Source: Octopus vulgaris (Eukaryota). Taken from it: 64,000 bases of DNA. The stretch is taken from the NCBI GenBank assembly GCA_951406725.2, contig OX597836.1:4154001-4218000 (forward strand), written 5' to 3'. The notes under the pieces were generated by a model that saw nothing but the letters and a program-made list of their open reading frames with translations, did no database searches and was not told where the DNA came from. This document shows, piece by piece, positions 1-15,131 of the stretch. Numbering within the stretch: position 1 is the stretch's first letter; each line of letters opens with the position of its first letter. The translations under genes were made by a program, and so were the position numbers.

Positions 1-28
1 ATAAATATATATGTATTTATATAAATAC

Positions 29-169
29 ACGGTTCCTGGTTCAGTCCCACTGCGTGGCACCTTGGGTGAGTATTTTCTAATATAACATCGGGCCAACCAA
101 AGAATTGTGAAAGGATTTGATAAACGGATACTGAAAGAAGCCTGTCGTATTGATAAAGACACGCATACA

Positions 170-216
<47 letters not shown>

Positions 217-358
217 GTGTTGGGGGGGTGTTTGCGTCAGTATTTGTCCCCAACCACCGCCTGAAGACCGATGTTGGTATTGTTAGGTCCTTGTAACGTA
301 GCGGTTCAGCAAAAACGAACGATGGACTAAATACTTGGCTTTAGAAAATAAGTCCTGG
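29..358 (+). mobile_element. SINE family A, 5'-truncated diverged copy with internal (TG)n
   Basis: ggttcagtcccactgcgtggcaccttggg...ctgaaagaagcctgtcgta, then (TG)n, then gcggttcagcaaaa...aataagtcctgg; colinear with the full copy at 17742-18193. Confidence 0.85.
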
Positions 359-612
359 TTGTTGTGTGTGTGTCACGGCCTAATAAAACGTGTCCTAGGA
401 TCTGTACCTCTGCTATTCAACACCCTCCATAAAGACCAGTCTCGCAAGACTGGTCATCGTTTGTCTGCTAAGTGGACGGGAGCATCGCGGAATAAAGTTT
501 GGTGCCAAAGAATACAATGCTTCGCTAGATCCAGGAATCGATACCTAAATCTTAAGAATATAAGTGCTGCAGACCAACCAATATATATACATATTTGTGT
601 GTCTATAATTAC

Positions 613-706
<94 letters not shown>

Positions 707-1168
707 TGTCTGTGTGTGTGCGTGTGTAGATAGATATATATATGTATAAATACAGACACAAATATATGCATACACACACATGGCTTCCCCATATATGTGC
801 GCACGTATGTATATCTACACACCTACACACACGCATATATATATATATATATATATACATATATATCTTGATGTGACTACATATGTAGAAGCTATAGATA
901 TGAAAGATCTCAGTGAGGAAGACGAGCATTAATTATTGCAATCTTGTGACATAAAGAAGAAGAAAATCACATAGATACGAATGTACAGTTGCATCAATGT
1001 CGACATCAAATACACTCGGGGACCAATCAAATACGATTTCGCCATGTTTGGTGATAGATTATTCTCAACTCAACTTAGCGTTTCGAAATTCGGTTCATAT
1101 GGATGTATCAATGTCCTGATAAATACATTAAAGATACGTGTGTGCGTGTGTATGTGTGTGAGTGTAGT

Positions 1169-1205
<37 letters not shown>

Positions 1206-1275
1206 ACACTTACATAAAAACACACAGACATAGAGCAACTTATATCTATATGTATATATGTATATGATGTATACA

Positions 1276-1335
<60 letters not shown>

Positions 1336-1669
1336 TATGTGTGAGTGTTTGTAGTTTTGTCTGCAGATACATTCTTGTGAATATATAATATATAATTACT
1401 GGTATAAGCAAACATACCTCATATGTACGGATGCACACACACGAGCACTACACACAAAAACACACACATCTACATGTACGTTGATAGAAAGTACATGCGC
1501 ACAAATGTTTCTTCAAAGACATTATCAGTGACATGTAGAAATCCTACACACACACATACACACGCACATACATACACACGCATCTACACATATATCGATA
1601 CAAATGTGCATGCGCCCAAATACTTCTTCAAAGACAGTCTCATCGACAACTAGAAATCACACACAAGCA

Positions 1670-1722
<53 letters not shown>

Positions 1723-2438
1723 GCATATGAAGACACTCAGATACCCCTCATATACAGTAACTATATATACATGCAAGCACAAATGCTCTCTCTCTCTCAC
1801 ACACACACAAGCATACTTTATTACAGATGGCGTAACTTGTACCGTTAATAAAGACGCCGTGGAATATTGAATAGATAAATTACATGAGAACACGTGATCA
1901 GACAAAAGAAATGAAATTGTGTTTTATCTTTTTCAATTTTCGCTCCTAGGCTTTTTAAAACTTTTCCACCAAATATGTAATAGTTTAAAAATCCCATTGT
2001 CTAACTCTATCATTCTTCGATTTCTCTGTAAGTATATGTCTAGCGCCGCGCCATCATTCTTTATTTTATATGCAAGAATATATAGGCATCACTTCATCAA
2101 TATAACTTTTGTCTGTCATTACATGCCGGTATATATATATATTTATATATGTAGGTGCTTGTGTATTTATGTATATACATATATACACACACACAGGTAT
2201 ATGTCTGCATGCATATATGTATATATATAGATGAGCACATGTGTACAAGTACGATTTTTGATAAATGCTGAGAACTGGTCGTTAGCTTATAGACATTGAT
2301 GTATGGGAAACAATACTTGTTTACACACACACACAGATACACACACACACACATTTAAACATACACAGGAACATTAATAAGCATTTTGTACGCATGCATA
2401 TATATACGTACTCATAATTACCTATATATCTATATACA

Positions 2439-2497
<59 letters not shown>

Positions 2498-2523
2498 GCA
2501 TATATATACGTATAAGTTATATA

Positions 2524-2557
<34 letters not shown>

Positions 2558-2630
2558 CATATATGCGTACATATATATAGAGAGAGATAGATATATATAC
2601 ATACATATATGTGTATATATATAATATAAG

Positions 2631-2661
<31 letters not shown>

Positions 2662-3036
2662 GTATGTGTGTGTGTATCTATGTATCTATGTATTTGTCTT
2701 TATACCAAATATAATGCATACACCATGCCTATCATTTATAAATATATATATATCGATCTTCTAATTCATCGATCTAGGCGTTTATATATGTTCATGCGTG
2801 TATTTACGTGGATATAGCATAACAGCATAATGTCATATCGGTTGCTTTTGTTTTCTATCAGCTTCTGTCTTGTTTCTTCTCTTCCTTTTACTCATTTTCT
2901 TTCTTTCACTATTCTTTGTGTGTGTTCCTAATGCATACAGAAATAAACGAGCTATAACTCAGAGGCAGACAAACATATATGCATCACACTCACACACACA
3001 CATACACATTTACATATATATATATATATATATACA

Positions 3037-3155
<119 letters not shown>

Positions 3156-3185
3156 AGCCTTTATATATATACATATATACATATA

Positions 3186-3410
3186 GGTCTCTTCAAAATA
3201 AAGCTAGACCTCTTCTTGTCAGGTGTCCCAGATGAACGAACTTCACGGCAAGATGTGCAGATGAGGGCAGCTGCATCAATCTCTCTCATGCACCAAATGT
3301 CAATTGCTAAAAAACATTCGTGAAGTAAAATCATGTAGCAACAACAAATGGTGGTGACCCCGCATGGCCACGGCTCGTGAGCTGAAATTACATGAAATAA
3401 TAAATAAAAT
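3186..3410 (+). mobile_element. 3' end of a CR1-group LINE (ORF2 C-terminus plus 3' UTR)
   Basis: Translates [35 protein letters not shown], matching the FKxxLDxFLxxVPDEP...RAAASNSL C-terminus of invertebrate CR1-like ORF2; UTR ends in an A-rich tail. Confidence 0.75.
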
Positions 3411-3419
3411 ATAAAGTAA

Positions 3420-3592
3420 CATGCATGCCTCAAAGAGGCGACCGTCTGGAAGGGATGTTCTCGTAGCTCCTTTCTGGAGCAACGTGAAATGAAATGTTTT
3501 GTTCGAGAAGGCAAGTCATCACCCAGTCCAGGAATCGAAACTACAGTCTTACTATCAAGAGTGCAATTCACTAAACGCTAAGCCACGCGCTT
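3420..3592 (-). mobile_element. Diverged tRNA-headed SINE (CORE/V-like)
   Basis: Minus strand reads gcgcgtggcttagcg (A box)...tttcgattcctgg (B box)...acatttcatttcacgttgctccag. Confidence 0.65.
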
Positions 3593-4711
3593 ACATATAG
3601 TATACACACAGCAATATACAAAAATATAGAGCATTCACGTGACTTTTTGAGCGAATGCGAAGCGCGCCAATTCCCGCGATTCTTCTTTTATTTTTCCTTG
3701 GGAGTGGAGCTAAGACCTGTGCGAAACGGTAAATGGCTCATTGATTCAAGAGAAAGAATACCGATTCAAGAACAAAGATATATGGAAGATCTTTTTTTTT
3801 AAATTCTAACAAGCCTGAAAGCATCCATGCCTTTCGTACAAAAGCCCATAGATTTATGACCGCAATCCCTTAAATAACACACAGGCTTTTTTGACCACAG
3901 ACTCCTTACTACTAAATTCGACAGAATCTATACTGGGGAGCCTGGTAACTTATTAGAAGACAAGTAGCAAGGCGTTGTTTTGCAGCAACGTGCAAAGGAC
4001 ACACGTTATGTATTTTCAGAGTGAAGCAACATTCTTAATCCCCACCATGCACAAACTTAGTAGCGTATTTTTGACTAATACACGTTATATCGACGCCCTA
4101 ATGTCTCCCTCTTACACTCAGTAAAATATCTAGTTAACTTCAGTGAGAACTGAACTTAAATATATAACAATCCATTAAAATCTCCCGCAAAGAAATAATA
4201 GAACATCATTATTTGCTATAGAAATCCTAAATGAATGAAATAAAGACAGAAAACTATATTGAAAAACAAAAAGTATAACGAAACAAAAGCGTACAGACCT
4301 TTTAGACATTAATCGTTTGATTGAATAGTTATCTTCATATTGTTATGGCCTTGGGTTAATCTTTATAGCTTTCCATCTCCGAATTTAAATATACCCCTGG
4401 CATTAATAGAAAAAGCCATAATGACATATTTTAGATTATTCTATAAGCTACATCCGAGAAATTTAATAACTCACATTGGGATCAATTTTTTTCCTAAAAC
4501 CACTAGGCAGCCAGCCAACCGGCCAGCCAGCCAGCCACACCGCCCGCCTTGCAGCCGGCCAGCTTACTATAAACATATTTTCTCCGTCACTTCGACACAC
4601 TAGAACTTCCTTCTCTGTATATTCTCCCTCATTTTGATACACACACACGCACACACACACACACATATATTTATATATATACATATATAAATGTATATAT
4701 TCACAGATATG

Positions 4712-4748
<37 letters not shown>

Positions 4749-4784
4749 GATATATATATATATATATGAATATATATATATACA

Positions 4785-4839
<55 letters not shown>

Positions 4840-5479
4840 GTATAGATATACATTGATATATAGATATACAGGAAGATAAATAGATAGATGAGTACGCGAG
4901 TGTTTTCTCTATGCGTTTGTGCGTGTATGTCTGTGTGTCTGTGTGAGTGAGTGTGTGTTTATGCATGTATGTGCGCGTGTACGTCTGTGTGTGTGTGTGA
5001 GTGAGTGTGTGTGGGGATGAGCGAGTGTGTGTGTAAACGTATTGGATATTCTTCCTTATGCTCAGCTTAGATTTATTTCACTGGCGAAAAGAATATACTC
5101 TCCTTGAAAGATGATCCTCTCCCTTGCAATACAAACCACCAGGCAATAAACCAGCAAGTGATATATACCTACCCACCTACTTAGCCACCTACCTACTTAA
5201 CTACCTACCTACATACATACATACATACATACATACATACATACACACACACATACAAACACGTGCACATAGACACACACACACATATATTCCATTATTC
5301 TATTATTCTATTTCTCTTTCGTTTTTCTCCCTTTTCCTCTCTTTCTCTAATTCTCTTTATATCCCCTTCTCCCCTCCCGTCTTCTGCTTTCTCTAATTTT
5401 TTCCTGTTCCTTTCACCATTTTCTCTCTGTCACACTCTCTTTCTCCCTCGCTCTTACTCCTTTGCACTCTCCTGGCTCC

Positions 5480-5930
5480 CACGTGACCATCGGTCATCTT
5501 TCTCCCATTTCCTAACTTGTGTTTCTTTCATTCCTTCTAATTCAGATGGACGAATCGATCGAAGTTATGTCTGTCTCTTGACCAAGCGTGCTTCTCCGCG
5601 TTCCCCACCTCACTTCGTTTAGGTTTAACAGCGCTTCCTGTTGCTTTCACTGTCCTGTTTTGTTAACGACTTTGACCCTTCGCAAAATCCCAAATTTGTA
5701 TTTGATTTGATTTGTTTTATCGAAGGAGTACCTTCTCGTTGAATTACTCGAAATACAGATAAGAAAAAACAGCCGACAACTGATGAAGGGTCGTTCATTA
5801 TGTTATTCGTCTTGTTTTCCATATGTTTCTTTCGTTGTTGCAAAAAAAGTTCATATTCCATGTCTTCGTATTTCGTATATCATGTTTTCGTTTTTTTTAA
5901 TGTTGTTTACGTTCCGTGACGTCTTCTGTC
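5480..5930 (+). mobile_element. Probable Penelope-like element terminal remnant
   Basis: Degenerate hammerhead-like segment (cgaaggagta...tactcgaaa, ~5721-5753) followed by ctgatgaaggg and T-rich sequence ending at a TA/TG microsatellite. Confidence 0.35.
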
Positions 5931-6344
5931 TACATATGCATATGTATATATGTATAGATGTAAGTATGTACATATACGTATGTATATATGGACATATATA
6001 TATTATTTATATTATATATATGTGTACCTATATACGAAGTAGTTACTGAGTACGACCGTTTCAAGCGGCTACATTTATTTGAACAATGGAATCATTACAA
6101 CAATTTAAAATTCAGTTACATCTTCAGCTGCACAAATACATAAACATAATTTTAGCCAGTCGCACACAGTAATATAATTTTTTCTCAAACACTTCATATC
6201 TTGTTGCTTATTTTGATATTATTCACCTTACTTCGAACTGAGCGGATAATACCAGAGTAAATTTGTACTTCAACTTAAGTAACTAATTCAAGTGAATCTC
6301 AATAATTTTATATATGTGTAGTGGTGCGTGTGTGTGTGTGTTTT

Positions 6345-6435
<91 letters not shown>

Positions 6436-6441
<6 letters not shown>

Positions 6442-6538
6442 ATATAGGAATGGTCATTTGCCAGTTTGACCAATAAAAACACACGTGTTGATTTGCTTCA
6501 GCTTTATCTTTTTGGCAAACTGACCAAATATATTGGCA

Positions 6539-6542
<4 letters not shown>
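6436..6542. mobile_element. ~105-bp insert with internal inverted repeats inside a pure (TA)n tract
   Basis: ggtcatttgcc / ggcaaactgacc are near reverse complements; perfect (TA)n on both sides. Confidence 0.5.
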
Positions 6543-6629
<87 letters not shown>

Positions 6630-6660
6630 TTTATTATGTATAAATATATATATATATATA

Positions 6661-6823
6661 TGACGGCTACTTTCAGTTTGTGTCTACCAAATCCACTCAC
6701 AAGGCTTTGGTCGGTCCGAGGCTATAGTAGAAGTGACTTGCTCAAGATGTTACATAGCCTGACTGAACCCAGAACCACTTGGTTGGGAAGCAAGCTTCTT
6801 ACCACGCCGCCACGCCTGCGCCT
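6661..6823 (-). mobile_element. SINE family A, 5' half
   Basis: Reverse complement of the A head, ending at (TA)n where the internal microsatellite lies. Confidence 0.85.
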
Positions 6824-7599
6824 AGACATTCACGCATATACGTCCGTTTGTTTCACGTGTGTATGTTTTATTTGTCTTGTTAGCTTATGTATGTTTTGTT
6901 GTAGCCGTGTCGCTTGTGGTGGTTATCGAAGTAACGATGTCAATAGAGGCTAATTATCAAGTTATGTTTACATATTCGACAAGAATTTGCACTCTGTAGA
7001 ACACAGTCAATCAATAGACTCAGCGAATCACAAACAATATAGTTTTATTGCTTTTTAACACCGCCGCTGTCGAAGTGTCTAACTTTAAAGCGGATGTATG
7101 TTGTTCTTGAGGTTGTTATTTAGTTCCAAGTTAGTTCGGTTCCAGCGGATTTATGATCAAAGATATTCACATCATCTCTTTTCTCTCTCCTTTGTTTTGT
7201 AAGTTTTGGATTACATTGCCCAATGTGTATCTATTTCTTTGAGTGAGATTCGGTTTCTATTTCTAGAATCTCGTTTATTTGTTAACGAAAATCGATTATA
7301 TAATTTGTTGTACAGTGCAGTGTTTAAAAAACAGTACGCATATATGTATAAATATGTGCACGCGTGTGTATATATATACATATATATATATAGAGAGATA
7401 TAGATAGATAGATATGTACATATATACTATGTATATATATATATATATATGTGTGTGTGTATGTGTGTGTGTGTGTGTATAGGTATGTATGTGCATATAT
7501 ATGTGTGAGATATGTAGGGGTCCACATAGTCACCGGATGCAGGTTAGGTGAGCACCATATTGGGCTAAAACCGCCACAGAATGACGCAAGCCCCAAGCC

Positions 7600-7742
7600 T
7601 TACTTCTTCAGAATGATGCTCATGTAGGCCTCTGCAAACTTCAACGCTGAAGACGGCATTACATAAAGTACCGTCTAGATGGTATTCTCTTCAATCTCCG
7701 GCGATTATAGGCCCACACCAAGACCCAAGAGCAATTAATCCA
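7600..7742 (+). pseudogene. RTE (BovB-like) reverse transcriptase fragment
   Basis: From 7669 reads YRLDGILFNLRRL*AHTKTQEQLI, matching the YRxDGxLFNLRRLxAxTK motif of BovB-type RTE RT; in-frame stop. Confidence 0.8.
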
Positions 7743-8180
7743 GTGTTTACTCTTTGCAGAAGATGTATATATTCATACATATATACATATGTGTATATAT
7801 AACTTTTATTCATGTCATACCGTTGATTAAAATCTTTTGAATCATTATCACAGATCGAAAGAAAGTGAAACATCTGGCCAACTGTGATGAATCATTTGAG
7901 GTTTATATTAAACATAGAATAATGAATATTATTTATGTATAACACCAGCCTTTAGCATTCAATTAAAAATGGATTCGTTTTCAAAATTAGCCTTTCAAAT
8001 GCTTGCATACATATAAACTGACGCACATGCAGAAACACGTGCAGGCATATATCCTTATGAAACCGAGAAAAATCCTGGTAAGAGAAGAAACTGCCAGTAG
8101 TGAAACCGTATCCTAGAGTAGATAAATCAAATTTATCGCCTACATGAAGTGCGTACTTCTTTATTCTGTTCACATGACGG

Positions 8181-8230
<50 letters not shown>

Positions 8231-8244
8231 ATACATATATATAC

Positions 8245-8329
<85 letters not shown>

Positions 8330-8420
8330 CATGTATGTATATCTATATATAAATGCGCATACACATAAACACATACACGTTAAAAGCAAACACATGATTA
8401 TATGTATATGTCTCTCTCTT

Positions 8421-8452
<32 letters not shown>

Positions 8453-9148
8453 CAGATACATATACACACACATATATATATATATACATGCATATATAAT
8501 TATATATATATACATATCTATACATACATATGTACAAATATATATATGTATATATATATTCACATATATATATATATATGTACATTTTTGTACGTGTGTG
8601 TGTGCGTACGTGCGCGTGTTTGTGTGTGCATGTGTATGTGAATATGCGTGTGTGTAGAGTAATTTTCAATAGTTGAGAAAACACGCTTTGTGAATTATGA
8701 AACTGAAGAGAAAATTTATAAACCGTGAAGAATGCAATTTCTGTAAAAAAATGAAAAAAGAAACATTTATTCTTCTTTCTTGCGATTTGTCGATCATAAA
8801 TATAAAAAAAAAAATATCCCAAACGGAACAGACGTTTTTGAAACAAATGTAATAAAACGTCATGACTTGAATAAAACAAGGCGAAGTAGACAATGCTGCC
8901 GCGGTGGTCTTGTGCCGTATCGAATCTAGAGAAATAGATATGCTCACGAGCTATCGATCTCTAGCTTAATATTCGATATCAGGATGGAGAAATAACAAAC
9001 TCCGTTACCACAAGCAGGAGGATTAAAATATATCACTTTTGTATTGGACTGGACCCATTTCCGTTTCTATTCCTACAACTGGACCCATTTTCGTTTCTAT
9101 TCTATTTTTACTTGACAAGGAGTTTCATGATAGAAATATGTGAGAAAT

Positions 9149-9384
9149 ACCTATTGCTGTACTCCCCACAAGGGGCTAAACACAGAGGGGACAAACAAGG
9201 ACAGACAAACGGTTTAAGTCGATTACATCAACCCCAGTGCGTAACTGGTACTTATTTAATCGAGCCTGATAGGATGAAAGGCAAAGTCGACCTCGGCGGA
9301 CTTTAAACTCAGAACGTAGCGGCAGACGAAATACTGCTAAGCATTTCGCCCGGCGTGCTAACGTTTCTGCCAGCTCGCCGCCTT
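9149..9384 (-). mobile_element. Full-length SINE family B (tRNA head plus Meta-like domain) with 13-bp TSD
   Basis: Minus strand aaggcggcgagctggcagaaacg...gtcgactttgcctttcatcc...aagtaccag; direct repeat atatgtgagaaat at 9136-9148 and 9385-9397. Confidence 0.92.
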
Positions 9385-9799
9385 ATATGTGAGAAATTCA
9401 CTCTTATTTTCGTGTTTACAATGTACCCTGTAGAGCTAAGTACTGTGCTACCAGAGGGTATTTCTCACGTATTTCAGTCATGTAACTTCGTTGATGGCCA
9501 GCTGGCACCGTGAGGGAATACGAATACAGTAATCTCTCGACTCTTGCGGGTGTTACATTCGAAAAGCTCCCACAAAAATAATTAAAATCTAAAAAAAACC
9601 TGATCCCTAGAAGCACGGATATTCTGAGGAGTCCGCAATATAAATTTACATGTATTACAGCTAGAAAAACCCGCGATGTACTGAGTGCTCGATAGGTGAG
9701 CAACATACTCTGGCGGGAATTACAAGCAAAATAGTGTGTGCATAAGTTTGATAAGTGAAGCAAGGCGTGGCAGGAAGAATATCAACCGATGATATAGAT

Positions 9800-10043
9800 T
9801 CTTTTATTCTTTTATCTGTTTCAGTCATTTGACTGCGGCCATGCTGGAGCACCGCCATTCGTCGAGCAAATCGAGCCCATGATTTATTCTTTGCAAGCCT
9901 AGTACTTATTTTATCGGGATCTCATGCCGAATCACTAAGTGACAGGGAAGTAAACACACCAGCATCGGGCGATGCTGGGGGGGGGACAAACACAGACACC
10001 CAAACACACACACACACACAAACACACACACAAACACACACAC

Positions 10044-10124
<81 letters not shown>

Positions 10125-10255
10125 CGACGGGCTTCTCTCCATGTTCCAGATCCAATCACAAGGCTTTGGGCGGCCCGAGGCTATAGTAGAACACACTTCC
10201 CAAGGTGCCACTCAGTGGGACTGAACCCGGAACCATGTGGTTGGTTCCTGCGCCT
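9800..10255 (-). mobile_element. Near full-length SINE family A with internal (CA)n(TA)n
   Basis: Tail tcagtcatttgactgcggccatgctggagcacc through head cctgcgcct; small internal deletions. Confidence 0.9.
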
Positions 10256-10899
10256 ATGTATACATTATCTATGTATACATTATATATAATCTATACAGGA
10301 TATATAGAAACAGGGCAAACTCAACTATTTCTCCGATGAGTGAAGAAAAATTACGAACAACCTTATTCGATTTTCGAACAAAATTGCATTTGCATCAGAG
10401 ATGTTTGCATCATTTTGATGTATCGCAGTCTTAGAAGCTGTGTTTGAATATCCAGCAAATCCCGTAGCTGAAGAGAGCTGGAGCTAATTCACCTACCGTC
10501 AATGTTCAACACTTTATTTAATATGAGAAGCCTGTCAACGAGGATTTTCATCCATGTATGATATAATATGTATATAATCTATGCAGTAAATAATGGCTTC
10601 ATGTTCCAAAATCATTTATTTTCCTCTGCCTTCCGCTGCTAATTCCAAGGCCAATACAGTTATTTCAATAAACATTATATTCTAGTAATCACGTACAATA
10701 TTTTACTTATACATATTCTCAACTGCTCTGTAGATCTCAAGATATTTCCGCTTATTCTTAGTCTACATATCCATATTCCACATTTGACCATATATATAAT
10801 TTGCATTGCACAACAATTTTAATTATTATTTTCTTATTCTTTCAACAAATAAATTATTTGCTATGGCAACTATCAACAAACGCGTCATCTGAATCGCAC

Positions 10900-12290
10900 C
10901 CACTGCCCTCATTTTATATATTACAGGTAATAAACTTATGAACTCGAATCCCATCGTAGTCAAGTGATCTATAACCGTATATTTACAATCCGTCCCAGAT
11001 ATCTTGCTTCTACCCTCCTCTACTTAGCATAACATTTTCCTTCCTACACACGTTGCGCTGACTACCACAGCATTCAGTTAGTAAACAGCAGGATATTTTA
11101 TCTTGTATGTCATCCCGATCCCGAAACTCGAAGCACCTATTCACATAATATCCTTACTTTATATTTTATTCACAATCTATTACTGAAACACACAGTTATA
11201 TTACAAGACTGAATCCTACCAAGGCAATGTATTCCTAAATTCCACCAAGGAAAAACTAGATTCTAATCCTCAAACAAACTTCCATATTTTTTCATCATAA
11301 GACATAAGTCAAACCCAAGGATATAGAAGTTGAAACTTGCTTAAATCAACCAGTCAAAAAAAAACAAAAAAACCTATCAATCTAACGGATTCCAAAACTG
11401 GTTCTGCCATCTCAGATTTTATTCACAAAGGTGTCGTGGAACACAGTGGTGTAATACAAGGCAATGTCTAAAACCTACCACCCAAAACTAGAATTTATCC
11501 CTATGATGACCTCCTGGATGAGGCCCGTCCTTTAAATGACACCCATAAGGCATTAATAAAACACAAAGCCATATCAACAGGCACTTGCAAAAGCCCCACC
11601 GCCCAGTCAAAATTAAAACCTGTTCAAGACGGTTCCAGTAACCTAAAATTTTACTCACAGATAATCATTTAAACATTGGTGTATTAGTAGAAAATTTCAG
11701 GCAGCTGGAAGGTAGAATCGTCAGAGCCTTGGGAAAAAGTTCCTTGTGACATTTCCCCCGGCTCTTTTACGATATAAGTTCAAAATTCGCCGACATCGAA
11801 GTTGTATTTCATCAGTTTGGGTTCGATAAAATAAAAGCAGTTGAGTATCGAGGACAATGCAATCGATATATTCCTCCATTAAGATTTGAGGCCAACGACC
11901 AAAATTTGAAATATATATCAGGAGATGCTTGTTACAGACTAACAGCGAAACGTATGATCTGTCCGTCCTATGAACTCCCGGTGAGAGATTTTCTGACAGG
12001 CAAATTACACTCCGGAGACCATCAAGAAAATACAAGGTTATATGAGTAGACAATTCGTTAAGGCACTTCACAACGGAGTCGAATCAGATGCCGCACGATA
12101 AAGAAACGAACTTTTGAACCAGGAATCCATGGCTAAACAGCATTGAATCATTGGATATTTCTTGATGATGTGCAACATAAATTACGAGACTGTTGTTCCG
12201 ATATTCATATATAAAAACACTATCATATGATATTTCGTTCAGTAGAGCCTATATCAAATGCATAGAACAATATATCACGTTTATCATTGA
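10900..12290 (-). pseudogene. Very degraded non-LTR (L1/Tx1-like) RT remnants, interrupted
   Basis: Scattered minus-strand motifs in expected order: AFD, HGFLVQKFVSLSCGI (cf. NGxLSxxFxLxRGI), later ARYLGRI; many stops and shifts. Confidence 0.3.
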
Positions 12291-12871
12291 TACCTTATTT
12301 TATCACATGAGTGACAAGAGCTATAAAACAAAGGAGGTAATAAATTACGCCTCTGTGGAGTAAAATATTTTTAGAGGAGATGTAGGAATTGATTATAGAA
12401 TTACAAGTTTATATACTGGCGAGATATCTGTACGTATATCAGTCTGTAAGCCGATACATATATGTGTGTGCTGCGCACACACACATACACAGGTATATAC
12501 AAATATATATATACATATCTACATCTCAAATACACAGACATGCAATCACACACAGCAATTTATAACAAAAAAACATTTTTTTCTCTCCTTCATTCTTGCG
12601 TCAAACTAAATAGTTACATTATAATATATCAAGTGAAGGAAATACACACACACACACGTATATATGTATATATACACACACACACATATATATATGTATA
12701 TATATATGTATGTATATATATGCATATGCATATATTTATATGGATGTGTATGTGTATATATATGTATATATATATATATGCATATATATATATATGTATA
12801 TATATATATGTGTATATATACATATATGTATATATACACATATATACATATGCATGCACATATAAATGTAT

Positions 12872-12902
<31 letters not shown>

Positions 12903-13759
12903 AGGGAGAGAGAATAGTGAGAAAGTGTGAGAAATCTATATATACACACATATACATACACATATATATGTATTTATATAATTGTATATATGAAATAGTA
13001 AATGTGTAAAAATACATAAAAATAAAAATGAGTAAAAATTACAAAGGAATAAGAATATATGTATGTATGTATGTATATATTTATATGTATATAAATCATA
13101 CACACACATACACCCCTATTTTTTGTAGTATTCTTCTTTTACACATTTACTGCCTTAAGTCTGGGTTCCGACCACCTTTGGGACAACGCCTTGAACCCTT
13201 GAACCGGTTAAGTCATCTGTAGGACTTATTTTAACTCTGCGCCTTATTATACCGGTCCTTTGTCGAACCGGTATGTGACAGGGACGACATCAAACTAACC
13301 CCATTTCTGAAGGGGTGAGAAACAAACATCAAGAAACACCCGTAGAGTGACGTACATGCACAAACATTGACTCACAGAGATAGACACAAACAAGGCTTCC
13401 ATACTGTGAGTCTATATTTTTGAGTCTATATTTTAAAGTGCTTGCTCAAAATGCTGCGAAATGATATTGAACATGGCACCATGTGGTTCTGAAGCGATTC
13501 TTCTTTTGTTTTTTTCTTCAACACCATATCTATGTCTAGTGTTCAGCTGGTAGTCAAAGTATCTGAGAGTCGAATCTGGTAAGAGTCCCAGCCCAGATAT
13601 GAAATGCTGGTCTTATATCGAATGCTAATAAATCCAGACTTGTAGAGAAAAATAGTCCTCAATTCAAGGGTGAAAGGTGCAAGCCAGACGTGAGGTCTGC
13701 GCCTTATTTAAACTAATAATAGAGATAAGCACAGACTCATAAACATATACACACACAGA

Positions 13760-13823
<64 letters not shown>

Positions 13824-13848
13824 ATAGATATATATACATATACACACA

Positions 13849-13890
<42 letters not shown>

Positions 13891-13897
13891 ATATATA

Positions 13898-14027
13898 TAC
13901 GACGGGCTTCTGGGTTTCTCTCAGTTTCCGTGTACCAAATCCACTCACAAAACTTTGGTCGGCCCTAGATTATAGTAGACGACACTTACCCAACGTGCAA
14001 CGCAGTGGAACTCAACCCCGAACCATA
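13898..14027 (-). mobile_element. SINE family A, head fragment
   Basis: acgacgggcttc...ccaaatccactcacaa...gcagtggaactcaaccccgaacc. Confidence 0.8.
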
Positions 14028-14037
14028 TGTATGAGTA

Positions 14038-14069
<32 letters not shown>

Positions 14070-14185
14070 TGTCTGTGTGTGTGTGTGTTTGAGTGCTCAA
14101 AAGTTTGTGTACTTCTAAGTTGATATATTTCTGAGTTGTCTATGTTATATAAATACAACTGGCTTTTAACCCAGTTGTCTATATG

Positions 14186-14415
14186 AAGGGCGGCTGCTAA
14201 AGTGCTGAGCCGAGAAAATCTTTAACCCACCGGACACAATACTTACCAGCATTTCGTCCTTCATTATATTCCGGGTTCAAAATCAGTTGAGGTTCATTTT
14301 GCCTTTTATCTCTTCAGGGTCGACAAAAAAAGGTACCTGTTAAACATTGGAATCGAAATAATCGACTTACCCCATCCACCCAAGTCTACTAGATTTGTAC
14401 CAGAATCTGAAACCA
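14186..14415 (+). mobile_element. Diverged SINE family B
   Basis: gggttcaaa B box, tttgccttttatctcttcagggtcgac Meta-like core. Confidence 0.65.
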
Positions 14416-14804
14416 ATATAAAGTTGTGTCAGAAATTCATTAGGTACGTTAAAATTCTTTAAATTCCAATAACTTTTGCAGTGTTTGTATATACACGAAA
14501 GGACATTTAGAAGCGTGAGACATCAACATTTTCATCTATAAGCAAATAAAAATAATAATTATTATTGTCTACTTAAAAAAAAAACAGAGATAAAACCACT
14601 TGCGTCAACAATATTATACGCAGACACATAAATAGTACTATTTATTTATTTAAATTTTGTTGGTGCCATGAAAGTTATGCTAATTAATGAGAATCGGGTG
14701 TATAATTATTTATGTTTACGAGAGAAACTGAATCTGTAAGCAACATTTCACTGTCTGGGATATCTACGTTATCACCGTCAATCTAAACATATTCTTTTTT
14801 TCTT

Positions 14805-15000
14805 TTTTGATTTACCTGTTTCGCTCATTTGACTGCGGCCATGCTGGAGCACCGCACGTTTAGTTCGATTATTCAACTCCAGGACTTAATCTTTGTAAGC
14901 CGAGTATTTATACTATCGGTTTCTTTTTCTGAACCGCTGAATTTCGGGGGTGTAAACCTACCAACATCGGTTGTCAAGTGATGGTGGGGAGACATACACA
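14805..15000 (-). mobile_element. SINE family A, 3' half
   Basis: catttgactgcggccatgctggagcaccgc...ccaacatcggttgtcaag, ending at (CA)-rich tract. Confidence 0.85.
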
Positions 15001-15131
15001 GACACAGAAATACACACAAACACAAAACAAATATACACACATACACACATACACTGATACACAAAACACACGCACACACACACACAAACACACACAGATA
15101 CACATACGCCATAGTGCTTCAATATCTAACA

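Noticed and set aside
9424-9460. Partial matches to miR-10 and miR-252 5' ends
   Set aside because: Only ~9-11 nt match and the hairpin is too short for a precursor
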